Source: a virus (Duplodnaviria > Caudoviricetes). Taken from it: a DNA stretch of 39,368 nucleotides. The notes under the pieces are model-generated. The model saw nothing but the letters and a program-made list of their open reading frames with translations. It searched no databases and was not told the DNA's origin. Where the stretch lies: IMG/VR virus record IMGVR_UViG_3300016657_000025, positions 1-39,368 of that record. One strand, written 5' to 3'. This document shows positions 18,780 to 27,311 of the stretch, in pieces. How positions within the stretch are numbered: position 1 is the first letter of the stretch; each line of letters begins with the position of its first letter. The translations under genes and the position numbers were made by a program.

Positions 18780-19660
18780 CACAAGCGTTCAATCTGGCTT
18801 TACTGGCCAATAACGTCAATACCTCGGGGCAGCTTAACGCCGCAACGGGTTTGTATAACGCCACTCCAGTGGCCAATGGCGGTACTGGCGCAGCTACCCT
18901 TACGGCTAACAACCTGTTAGTGGGTAACGGCACGTCTGCCGTGGCGTTTATCGCCCCGGGCACAAACGGAAATACGCTGGTCAGCAATGGAACCGTATGG
19001 CAGTCGATCGCGGCCCCCTACGCAGGCAGCAAAGGCCAAGTATTTACGTCCAGTGGAACATTTACTGTACCTACCGGCGTTACTGCGGTCAAAGTCACTG
19101 TGGTGGGTGGTGGCGGTAACGGGGGTGCAGGCAGCGCCAGCACAAGTTCTCCCGGGGGTGGTGGTGGTGGCGGTGTTGCTATCCGATATATCACTGGCCT
19201 TACACCGGGTAATACCGTGGCGGTAACTGTCGGGAGTGTGGGCGGCACATCCTCTTTTGGGGCGTATTGTTCAGCCACTGGCGGTGTTACACCGGCTTTG
19301 AATGGATTAGGGGGTGCAGGCGGTACAGCTACTGGTGGCGATATAAACCTTTCAGGGGGTACAGGAGGCGAAGGTTACTCAAACGTGGTGAATGGATATT
19401 GGCTGTACGCAGGGTCTTCCGGCGGGGGTTCCGGTGCAGGCGGCAAAGCTATGTCGGGGTCTCAGACAGACCAAATACTTTCTTTTATTAACTATCCAGC
19501 CTCCGGGCAAGCGGGTGTTTTTGGCAGCGGAGCATACGGAAAAAACACGGCCGGTGCGGGTATTGCGGCAACGGGATACGGTAACGGTGGCGGCGGCGCT
19601 TTAGGGGGAGCATACGCTGGCGGGGCGGGTACGCCCGGAATTGTTGTTGTGGAGTGGTAA
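18776..19660 (+). CDS. Glycine-rich tail fibre / receptor-binding candidate
   Basis: PVANGGTGA fibre motif, FTSSGTFTVPTGVT.VKVTVVGGGG, and GIVVVEW C-terminus; ATGA overlap with the tip gene. Confidence 0.7.
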   Translation: MTQAFNLALLANNVNTSGQLNAATGLYNATPVANGGTGAATLTANNLLVGNGTSAVAFIAPGTNGNTLVSNGTVWQSIAAPYAGSKGQVFTSSGTFTVPTGVTAVKVTVVGGGGNGGAGSASTSSPGGGGGGGVAIRYITGLTPGNTVAVTVGSVGGTSSFGAYCSATGGVTPALNGLGGAGGTATGGDINLSGGTGGEGYSNVVNGYWLYAGSSGGGSGAGGKAMSGSQTDQILSFINYPASGQAGVFGSGAYGKNTAGAGIAATGYGNGGGGALGGAYAGGAGTPGIVVVEW

Positions 19661-19662
19661 AC

Positions 19663-19926
19663 ATGAAAAAAGCATTGATTTCACCAAACGAATCTGTCTC
19701 CTACATTTCTTCTTGGAGTCTCGTCGGGGATGTGTATAGGCCCATTTTCACTGTAGTTGGCGAAAGGGTAGCAGAGGTTGCAGATCAAGAATTTGAAGTT
19801 GCATTACCGCTATTTTGGACAGCTTGTGCTGACGAAACTACCACCAGCGATTACTACTACGACGCGGCCAGCCAACGGATACTCCCTGTACCTACGCCTG
19901 CACCTTACCCGGCCATTGTGGGGTGA
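19663..19926 (+). CDS. Hypothetical protein, possible fibre chaperone
   Basis: GGAG upstream; follows the fibre gene and shares its AT-richer composition. Confidence 0.6.
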   Translation: MKKALISPNESVSYISSWSLVGDVYRPIFTVVGERVAEVADQEFEVALPLFWTACADETTTSDYYYDAASQRILPVPTPAPYPAIVG

Positions 19927-19982
19927 CAATACGCCGACACGGTTACAATACCGAGAACCCAACCCCCGCCAAAGGACCGGCC

Positions 19983-20342
19983 ATGATCGGATCATTTATT
20001 GCTGTCCTGTTCCTGTGCCGTGAATTGGCGCACCGCGAACATCTCCGAACCACCAGTTACGCCCAGCACATGGCCTTGGCGGCTTTCTACGAAGGCATCG
20101 TTGAACTGGCGGATTCTCTGGCCGAGATGTACCAAGGCCGTCATGGTGTCATCGCCAATATCCCGCTTATGCCTGCTGGCCAAACCGGCAACATCATTGA
20201 TGCGCTGGCCAAGTATCTCCAGTGGATCGAAGATAACAGGTACGAGGCTGTGGCGAAAACCGATACAGCTTTGCAAAACCAGATTGACGAGGTTGTGTCG
20301 TTATACCTGACAACGCTGTATAAACTCCGCACGCTGAAATAA
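19983..20342 (+). CDS. Dps/ferritin-like four-helix protein (DUF5856-like)
   Basis: AAGGA RBS; AHREH..T.SYAQHMAL..FY..I.ELADSLAE.YQG and LQNQIDEV...TLYKL. Confidence 0.7.
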   Translation: MIGSFIAVLFLCRELAHREHLRTTSYAQHMALAAFYEGIVELADSLAEMYQGRHGVIANIPLMPAGQTGNIIDALAKYLQWIEDNRYEAVAKTDTALQNQIDEVVSLYLTTLYKLRTLK

Positions 20343-20352
20343 GGGGACAAGC

Positions 20353-21036
20353 ATGACGGCTCAACGCGAACGCCACATCTTCCGGTCAGCCTATAACGCC
20401 AATGCGGGCACGACACCGGCCACCGTCTGGCCAAAGAACACGCTGTACGTGTTCCCCACGGCGGCCTCCAAGATGACCCTGTACAGCACTGCCGCTGACT
20501 TCGGCCAGCTTGTGCTTATCGAGGGTCTGGATGCCAACTACGTCGAGCAGAGCGAAGTCTTGCCTCTGGCTGGTCAAACCGGTTCGCTCACGGCCCTGTC
20601 CTACCTGCGCATCAACAACATGACCGTGTTGTCGGACAGCCCCCAAGGCAACATCTCGCTGGGCACAGGGACCGCTACAGGAGGCATCCCGGCCAACACC
20701 TACGGCTACATCGCGGCAGGCGACAACAACGACTCCACGGGCGTTTATACCGTGCCCGCAGGCTGGACACTGAACCTGATGATGGGTTCCATCTCGGCCG
20801 GGGGCTCTACCGGCTCCCAAGCCGTCACCGCAGACTTTCGCAGCGGGCTGGCCGGTGTCGATTATTTGACAGCCAAAATCGTACTGGCCAATTCTTTCCA
20901 GCCCTACCCGTACAACCCGGAGCTTGAGATACCGTCCAAGACCGATGTGTACGTCAACGCCTACACCTCGTCGAACACGGCCCTTGTGGCAACCACGTTC
21001 AACGGCACCCTCAATAAAAACTCACTCGCAGGTTGA
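20353..21036 (+). CDS. Hypothetical beta-rich protein, possibly virion-associated
   Basis: AAGGGG RBS; 227 aa; contains LIEGLDANY and SYLRIN; typical codon usage. Confidence 0.65.
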   Translation: MTAQRERHIFRSAYNANAGTTPATVWPKNTLYVFPTAASKMTLYSTAADFGQLVLIEGLDANYVEQSEVLPLAGQTGSLTALSYLRINNMTVLSDSPQGNISLGTGTATGGIPANTYGYIAAGDNNDSTGVYTVPAGWTLNLMMGSISAGGSTGSQAVTADFRSGLAGVDYLTAKIVLANSFQPYPYNPELEIPSKTDVYVNAYTSSNTALVATTFNGTLNKNSLAG

Positions 21037-21038
21037 AC

Positions 21039-21254
21039 ATGGCTCCTGAGCACTCTGACACTGTTGCTGTGGCCGCCACAAAGGCCGTACCCCCTGTCAC
21101 CGTTTCGCTGGCCACCATCATGGGTATGCAGGTGAGCGAATTGGTCTTGTGGGCCACGCTGATCTACACCGTGTTGCTCATCGCCAAAACCGCATACCAG
21201 TTTTATCAGGCTATCAAGGCTTCCCGAAAGGTGGTGCCGTATGTCAGCGAATGA
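21039..21254 (+). CDS. Small membrane protein, holin/antiholin candidate
   Basis: Hydrophobic LVLWATLIYTVLLIA segment with a basic C-terminus; first gene of the lysis cassette. Confidence 0.6.
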   Translation: MAPEHSDTVAVAATKAVPPVTVSLATIMGMQVSELVLWATLIYTVLLIAKTAYQFYQAIKASRKVVPYVSE

Positions 21255-21633
21255 CCCCGTAACCGCTGCGCTCAATCTGGGGCTGGCCGTCGTCGATCGG
21301 CTTTTTCCCAACCCGCAGGAAGCGGCCAATGCCAAGCTGAAACTTATCGAGATGCAGCAAACCGGCGAACTGGCGCACCTCACGGCTTCGGCCCAAGTCA
21401 TCACGGCTGAAGCCAATTCCCAGTCTTGGATCACCCGTAGCTGGCGTCCCATCCTTATGCTGACCTTCGGCGCCCTGATCGTGGCCAGGTGGCTGGGCTG
21501 GACATCCCCGGGCCTGACGGAGGCCGAATACCTCAAGCTGTGGGACATCGTTGAACTGGGCATTGGGGGGTACACCATCGGCCGCAGCGTCGAAACGGTG
21601 GCCACCACGGTCTCGCAGGCGCTCAAGAAATGA
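21241..21633 (+). CDS. Holin (GTA-type 3TM-like family)
   Basis: DRLFP.P, EA.S.SW...WRP, transmembrane segments and LGIGGY..GRS.E; adjacent to the endolysin. Confidence 0.8.
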   Translation: MSANDPVTAALNLGLAVVDRLFPNPQEAANAKLKLIEMQQTGELAHLTASAQVITAEANSQSWITRSWRPILMLTFGALIVARWLGWTSPGLTEAEYLKLWDIVELGIGGYTIGRSVETVATTVSQALKK

Positions 21634-22115
21634 CCCAACTGACCCCGCACTTTACGCTCGACGAGTTCACCCGGTCGGACTACGCCCGCGCTCACGGCAT
21701 TGACAATACACTGCCGGATGACCTGCTGGAGACCGCACGATCCACCGCCCAGATGCTTGAACGGATCAGAACACTCCTGAGCACGATTTCCGGCAAGGAC
21801 GTACCTATCCGCGTATCCAGTGCTTGGAGGTGCTTGGCGCTCGATCTGGCCATACGCAAGCGGGCAAAACCGGGGGATCACTCCAAGATGCTGGCCGTGG
21901 ACTTCACCGCTCCAGCTTTTGGCACCCCGTTTCAGATCGCCAAGACCTTGGCCCCGGCCATCTCGACCATCGGGATCGGCCAGTTGATCTACGAGCACCC
22001 TGTCCCGGGCAGAGAGTGGGTTCATGTGTCCAGCCGCATGCCCGATAAGGTCATGAACCGGGTCATCACGATCTCTCCTGACGGCCCGATGCTGGGCATT
22101 CAGCCCCCGGCCTGA
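21630..22115 (+). CDS. Endolysin, peptidase M15A family
   Basis: LTPHFTLDEF..S, VSSAWRC..L, H....AVDF, QLIYE and WVHVS zinc-peptidase motifs. Confidence 0.9.
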   Translation: MTQLTPHFTLDEFTRSDYARAHGIDNTLPDDLLETARSTAQMLERIRTLLSTISGKDVPIRVSSAWRCLALDLAIRKRAKPGDHSKMLAVDFTAPAFGTPFQIAKTLAPAISTIGIGQLIYEHPVPGREWVHVSSRMPDKVMNRVITISPDGPMLGIQPPA

Positions 22116-22414
22116 CCTTTCTCCTGCGCCACCATGCGCTCACCAAAGAACACGACCTTCTCAGCGTCGTATAGGCCGTCTTTGTAGCCCTCTTTGGCTT
22201 TGCCCAGCGTCCGGGCGGCACAGCGCCGCCATATCGCCTTGAACGCATTTCCTTCGGCAAAGGTCATTCCCAGTGCTTCAATGATGTCGTTGCATTCGGC
22301 TGAATATGGCGGCAAGTCTTTCGACGTGGGCCTGTCAATCCACACACGGTAATAACTCACACTCTTTCCGGTGTATTCGGGTTTCGGTGTAAGTGATGGG
22401 CGTGAATGTTCCAT
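22100..22414 (-). CDS. DUF3310-like protein (T7 gp1.7 / SaV-related family)
   Basis: ECNDIIEALGMTFAEGNAFKAIWR...DAEKVVFF; AAAGGAG RBS. Confidence 0.7.
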   Translation of the reverse strand: MEHSRPSLTPKPEYTGKSVSYYRVWIDRPTSKDLPPYSAECNDIIEALGMTFAEGNAFKAIWRRCAARTLGKAKEGYKDGLYDAEKVVFFGERMVAQEKGQAGG

Positions 22415-22415
22415 C

Positions 22416-22991
22416 TCATTCTCCTTTCAAAATGTGCTTGTAGCTGTCGATAAACGCTTTGCTCCATGACGTGTGCGTACCCGTTTCAGGGAACTGGCCG
22501 GGGCCCATCTGTCGATAAAAGAAATCGCGGATGGTGAAGCTGTCGTAACCGGCTGCACACAGGCGCTGGCCAAGCGGTCCATACCATTCGTCGAGTTTCT
22601 GGATAGCAGCCAGTTGATATCCAACGACCATGCCGTCCGTGGGGCAGTTGTAGTAATGCTTGGGATCGTCGCGCCACTCAGACAACGGTGGAACATACAC
22701 ATGCCCAAACCGTTTGAGCAGACGGTTCATGTACATCCAAAGTCCATGCTGGCCAAACTGCGTGATGCGCGAAGGCTCCGTGCTCAGTCGCTTCTCGTAC
22801 AACTCACAATGCCCGTTGATAAAAATAACGCTACGACGACCAGCCATGCAGCAGGCCATAAAGATGCGCTCACGCACTTCTTCCCAGTTGTCGTCAACGA
22901 TATGTGCTGTCTTGAAGTCGCCAATGGGGCTGATAACTTCCACCGCTTTTGTGCCATGCGGCAGTAGCTGAACAATCAATGCGTCTTTCAT
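22416..22991 (-). CDS. Hypothetical protein (191 aa)
   Basis: ATGA overlap with the helicase stop; fills the operon gap. Confidence 0.7.
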   Translation of the reverse strand: MKDALIVQLLPHGTKAVEVISPIGDFKTAHIVDDNWEEVRERIFMACCMAGRRSVIFINGHCELYEKRLSTEPSRITQFGQHGLWMYMNRLLKRFGHVYVPPLSEWRDDPKHYYNCPTDGMVVGYQLAAIQKLDEWYGPLGQRLCAAGYDSFTIRDFFYRQMGPGQFPETGTHTSWSKAFIDSYKHILKGE

Positions 22992-24403
22992 TTCAGTAAC
23001 TCCTGTGCTTCTCGATAGTCTTTCAACAGTTTGATCATGCGCCGTTCGTTGGTCTGGCGCTCACGCTGCACGGCCAGCATGACCTCATCAACGGTGTCAC
23101 GCGCCGCGATGTACTTGTACATAACGTGGTCACGCAATCCGACCTGCCGGGACGCGCCGATACGCTCTTTGACCTGTGCATAGGCCTCGCGGCCCCACAG
23201 CATGGAATAAAACACCAGCGTGTTACCACCCGTTTGCAGGTTCAACCCGTGCCCGCCGCTTTGTGGGTGAACGAACATCACCGGGTATTTACCGGCATTC
23301 CAGTCTTCCTGCATCTGGTCAAACTTCTTACCCTTAACGCCTGTGATGTTCGGAGCCTTCGGGAAAGCCTTTTGCAGTTGCTCCAGATCGGGCTTGAACC
23401 AGTAGGCCACCAGCACGTTACCGGACACGCCGTCAATGATCTCTTTTAAGGCTTCGATCTTGGCGTCATGCGTGACGTGCGTTATTCGTGCGCCCTTGTC
23501 GTCTTCAAGATAGATTTTGCCGTTGGCCATCTGCCAGCACTTGGACGATAACGACGCAGCCGACAAGGCTTCGGTGGAACCTGCCGACAACTCCAGGAAC
23601 ATTTCCTTTTCGAGGTCTTGATACATCTTGCGGGCTTTGGGCGGCAGATCAACCCATACGGTTTCCTCGATAACTTCTGGCAACTCCAGCCAGTCCTCGG
23701 CCCGCATAGTCAGCACGATGTCCGAGATGAGCGCCGTTATCTTTTCGGCCGCGTCTTCATCGGGTGTGTAGCCGTAGCCCATGTACCCGGACGGGCTGAA
23801 GAACCGACTGCGGAAACGGTCCACCTGCTGGCCAAGCCGCTGGCCCTCATCAAGGATGTAGATTTGCGCCCACAAGTCGAGCAGACTTTTCGGGGCCGGT
23901 GTGCCCGTGGCGATGTAACGGCGCTTGAACTTTTTAACGTGCCAACGCAGGACACCGAACCGGGTTTTCGCGGCAGGCGTCTTGAACATGCTGGACTCGT
24001 CGATCAGCAGCACGTCATACGGCCAGTCGTCTTTCTTCTTGTGTTTGGCCTTGAGCGTGTGCAGCAGCCAGTACAGTTGCTCGACGTTAATGATATGAAT
24101 CTGGGCGTTCGATTGCAGGGCCAGCAGGCGTGCCCGTTCATCACCCATGATGAGTTTGAACGTCATGCCGCGCAGGTGTGCCCATTTCTTGGCCTCCTGA
24201 CGCCACACGCCTTGTGCCGGACGCAGCGGGGCCACCAGCAGCACCCGCTTTATCTTGCCTTCGTCGAACAGGTCTTTCAGGGCCGTGAGAAAGCTGACAG
24301 TCTTGCCGAGGCCCATGTCGAGAAACAACCCGGCTTGCGGGTGGGACTTAATAAAGTCTACGGCGCGAGTCTGGTACTTGCGCAGGTCTTTTCGGAATAA
24401 CAC
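22988..24403 (-). CDS. SNF2-type superfamily 2 helicase
   Basis: LFLDMGLGKT (Walker A), IDESS (Walker B), ATGTP and HPQSGGHGLNLQ; GTG start behind GAAAGGAAC. Confidence 0.93.
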   Translation of the reverse strand: MLFRKDLRKYQTRAVDFIKSHPQAGLFLDMGLGKTVSFLTALKDLFDEGKIKRVLLVAPLRPAQGVWRQEAKKWAHLRGMTFKLIMGDERARLLALQSNAQIHIINVEQLYWLLHTLKAKHKKKDDWPYDVLLIDESSMFKTPAAKTRFGVLRWHVKKFKRRYIATGTPAPKSLLDLWAQIYILDEGQRLGQQVDRFRSRFFSPSGYMGYGYTPDEDAAEKITALISDIVLTMRAEDWLELPEVIEETVWVDLPPKARKMYQDLEKEMFLELSAGSTEALSAASLSSKCWQMANGKIYLEDDKGARITHVTHDAKIEALKEIIDGVSGNVLVAYWFKPDLEQLQKAFPKAPNITGVKGKKFDQMQEDWNAGKYPVMFVHPQSGGHGLNLQTGGNTLVFYSMLWGREAYAQVKERIGASRQVGLRDHVMYKYIAARDTVDEVMLAVQRERQTNERRMIKLLKDYREAQELLK

Positions 24404-24413
24404 TGGGTTCCTT

Positions 24414-24725
24414 TCACTGAACGGGTTTTATCTTATCACAAATAAAAACCGAGTCCACATCTTTTTTCGTCAGACAGACAAAGACCTTAAAGCCCAACTT
24501 ACGCAACATACCGTGTATGCGCTCTTGCAGGGGCTCAAACTTGCCGCCCTTGGGCCGCTTGAACTCGATAAAGATAACGACGCCCCCGGGCAACAGGCAA
24601 AGCCGGTCTGGCCAGCCCCGCATGAAACGCAACTTGATGGCGTGACCGCCAAGACCCTTGACGGTCTTGACGCCATAGTCCTCGATAACGCTTTCTCGCG
24701 TCAGTCTTTCTTGTACCGGTCGCAC
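24414..24725 (-). CDS. VRR-NUC domain nuclease
   Basis: RESVIE, GWPDRLCLLPGG..IFIEFKRP.G...PLQ. Probable GTG start at 24725 behind AAGGG; the start is uncertain. Confidence 0.85.
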   Translation of the reverse strand: MRPVQERLTRESVIEDYGVKTVKGLGGHAIKLRFMRGWPDRLCLLPGGVVIFIEFKRPKGGKFEPLQERIHGMLRKLGFKVFVCLTKKDVDSVFICDKIKPVQ

Positions 24726-26680
24726 ACAAAACCCTTTGCAGCCAACGGCGCACCATCCAGCCAGTCCGGCAGATCGCACACCAGCAATTCCAGTTCCTTG
24801 ATATTGCCCGTGCCCTTGTCGCGCAGTGTGATGATTTCGTCATGCACCGTGCCGATAACCGGGTACTCGGCTTTCTCGGCGTTGTACATGCCCTCCATCA
24901 TCCCATCGCGGGCCACGGCCTGAATGATGTTCTCGATGAGCTTGCCGCCGTAGGTCTTTTCGCGCACCCATTTGCCTCTGTACTCCGTGGCGAAGCTGAC
25001 CTCATAGGCAGGCTTGTCGTAACGCATGACCGGCACAGCGCGGGCGTATGGATAACGCAACTCACGGCCTGATGGCAGCTTGACGCACAGCCAATGGCTG
25101 CGCATGTAGAACTCGCACTTCAATCCGCGTGTGACATGCCCCGGATTGCGGATGGCCTGCACCACCAGCGTTTCCACAGTCTTCCAACTCGCCACGATGT
25201 TGGGATGCTCTTTACGATAAGTACGAACAGCGGACATGGCAAATTCGGGCTCGATGACCAGACCCAAGTTGGCGCAGTAGTCCACGAACTTTGTGCCGCC
25301 AAGACCATAGCCGCAACCCAGCACCAAGTTTTTACCGATCCGGCGTTGCTCGTCCGATACGTCCTCGTACCTGATCTTCCACAGCTTCGCGGCCATGACC
25401 TTGTACACGTCGAGGCCGTTGCGGTAGGCTTCTAGGATTTCGTTCTCGCCGGTCAGCCATGCCAACAGTCGGGCTTCAATGGCCGTGTAGTCAACGACAT
25501 AAAACTCTTTACCTTCGGGCGCCTTGATAAAACCGCGCATGCACTGGCTGATCATGTCAACCGGGTCGGTGTACAGCAGTGTCAGAACATCGGCTTTATC
25601 TTCAGCAGTAAAGTCGTTACCGAGGATGTCGAAAATCTGATCGCGTTGCCAGTCCTTGAGCATACCCCGAATAAAGTTGTGGGGCTGCACCAAACGGCCA
25701 GAGTATCGCGCCGTATGCGCACCGAGGTAGAGGAACCCGCCCTGCACAACCCAATCGTCCGGGTCGGCACACCTGGACATGGCCAACAGCTTTTTCGTGC
25801 TGGCCTTGCTGGACGAGATGCGCAGTTCCAGCAGGCGCCGGGTCTTCGGGTCCAAGTCGTGCTCTTTGAGCACCGTGCGTACTGTCTCTGCCCGCAGATT
25901 GGCCAGGTCAATGCCTTGGGCCTCAAAGTGCTCCAGCAGCTTGGCCACCTGCGTGGCTTTAATACCTCCGGTGAGTTCGGCAACCTCGGCAGCATTGCGT
26001 TGCTCCAGCACGTCGAGCACGGCCATGGTCTTGCGCACCAACGGAATGTCAATAGGCAGGCCACGGTCGTTCATGTGCATGTCGAGCCTGAAGAACATCT
26101 GTTCGCGCTTGCGCAGGTCCGGTAATGCAGCGTCCAAGGCCATCTCACCGTACACGTCGTCACGGCAGTACTGGATGAACTTCTGGAATTCCTCTGGCCG
26201 GTCTTGCGGCATGACCCGCGTGCTGGCGTCTTTCTTTGTGGGCTTGCGCGGCACGCTGAAAATCTTGATAAGTCGTGTGCCCTCGGGGTTTTTCTTTACC
26301 TCGCAGCCAGCGGCATGCAGGGCTTTATCGAGGGATCGGGGCAGGCCGGACGCTGCGGCTTTGGCGGCAGTGCAGACCCATTGCTTTTTGTCGATATCGG
26401 GAATCTCGGGGTGTTGCCGTTTCAATGCGTGTTGCCACACCAGACGTTCAAAGTTGGCATTATGCGCGCCGATCTTGCCGCCCTGCCGGATATACAGCAT
26501 CAACGCTTCGGGCGGGGATTCCCCCAACGGCAACCATGTACGTACACCGTGCAACCCGGGCAACCAGTAGCAGGCGATAAGGACTTCGGTGGAGGGATGG
26601 CGGGCATACCGGTGTGTCCCTACCTTGCGTATGTCGATGGTGCTGAAAGTTTCAAAGTCAAGGTGTGCGATATTGGACAT
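24701..26680 (-). CDS. DNA polymerase, family A, with 3'-5' exonuclease domain
   Basis: LDFET (ExoI), AHNANFER (ExoII), YCRDD (ExoIII), DYTAIEAR (motif A), RRIGKNLVLGCGYG (motif B), TVHDE (motif C). Confidence 0.95.
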   Translation of the reverse strand: MSNIAHLDFETFSTIDIRKVGTHRYARHPSTEVLIACYWLPGLHGVRTWLPLGESPPEALMLYIRQGGKIGAHNANFERLVWQHALKRQHPEIPDIDKKQWVCTAAKAAASGLPRSLDKALHAAGCEVKKNPEGTRLIKIFSVPRKPTKKDASTRVMPQDRPEEFQKFIQYCRDDVYGEMALDAALPDLRKREQMFFRLDMHMNDRGLPIDIPLVRKTMAVLDVLEQRNAAEVAELTGGIKATQVAKLLEHFEAQGIDLANLRAETVRTVLKEHDLDPKTRRLLELRISSSKASTKKLLAMSRCADPDDWVVQGGFLYLGAHTARYSGRLVQPHNFIRGMLKDWQRDQIFDILGNDFTAEDKADVLTLLYTDPVDMISQCMRGFIKAPEGKEFYVVDYTAIEARLLAWLTGENEILEAYRNGLDVYKVMAAKLWKIRYEDVSDEQRRIGKNLVLGCGYGLGGTKFVDYCANLGLVIEPEFAMSAVRTYRKEHPNIVASWKTVETLVVQAIRNPGHVTRGLKCEFYMRSHWLCVKLPSGRELRYPYARAVPVMRYDKPAYEVSFATEYRGKWVREKTYGGKLIENIIQAVARDGMMEGMYNAEKAEYPVIGTVHDEIITLRDKGTGNIKELELLVCDLPDWLDGAPLAAKGFVCDRYKKD

Positions 26681-26694
26681 GGGAGCCTCCGGGC

Positions 26695-26730
26695 AAATAA
26701 AAACCCCCGAACCTTGACAGGAACGGGGGC
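26695..26730 (-). terminator. Intrinsic terminator between the histone-like gene and the polymerase
   Basis: Minus strand GCCCCCG-tt-CCT-gtca-AGG-tt-CGGGGGT followed by TTTTATTT. Confidence 0.75.
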
Positions 26731-26745
26731 TGGCGCTGGGTCCGG

Positions 26746-27285
26746 TCAGACCGGGTGAGCGAACATGCCGTGCTTGCGGCTGGTGCCCGGGACGAGTTTG
26801 ATCGTACCGGCACGCTCCATACCGTACAGCACGCGGCGCAGCTTGCGGCTGTGGATTTCCAGCTTGGCGGCCAGGTCACGACTGTTGGTGGGCTTGCGCA
26901 CCAGTTGCTTGATGCGCTTGCTCAGGGCTTCGCGCTCACCGTCAGCGAAGACGATGAACTCTTGAGGCCGTGTGGTCGTCTTGGCCGGAGCCTTGGCAAC
27001 GGGCTTTGCAGCCACTTTCTTGGCGGGCGCAGAGGTAGCCTTGGCCGGGGCTTTTTTCGCAGCCACAGGCTTGGATTTGGCCTTGGCTGGGGCTTTCTTG
27101 GCCGGAGCCTTTGCAGCGGGCTTGGCCTTGGCAGCGGGCTTGGCCTTGGCAGCGGGTTTGGCCTTCGCGGGGGCTTTCTTGGCCGCAGGCTTGGCCTTGG
27201 CGGCGGGCTTGGCCTCGGCCGCAGGCTTCTCGGCTTTGGTGCCTTCCAGTTCGCCCAGCAGGTCGTCGATGTCAGTGTTGCTCAT
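26746..27285 (-). CDS. Histone H1-like Lys/Ala/Pro-rich protein with C-terminal winged-HTH-like domain
   Basis: Repeated AAKAKP/AAKKAP units, then NSRDLAAKLEIHSRKLRRVLYGMERAGTIKL. Confidence 0.75.
   Translation of the reverse strand: MSNTDIDDLLGELEGTKAEKPAAEAKPAAKAKPAAKKAPAKAKPAAKAKPAAKAKPAAKAPAKKAPAKAKSKPVAAKKAPAKATSAPAKKVAAKPVAKAPAKTTTRPQEFIVFADGEREALSKRIKQLVRKPTNSRDLAAKLEIHSRKLRRVLYGMERAGTIKLVPGTSRKHGMFAHPV
27040..27232 (-). repeat. Degenerate 15-18 bp coding repeats (AAKAKP/AKKAP)
   Basis: GGCTTGGCCTTGGC recurs on the plus strand within the histone-like gene. Confidence 0.8.
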
Positions 27286-27311
27286 GTGATGTCTTTCGTG
27301 TGGTTTGTGGA

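Noticed and set aside
19923-19949. Sigma70 promoter GTGACA-N15-TACAAT ahead of the Dps-like gene
   Set aside because: The 15-nt spacer is too short for a confident call.
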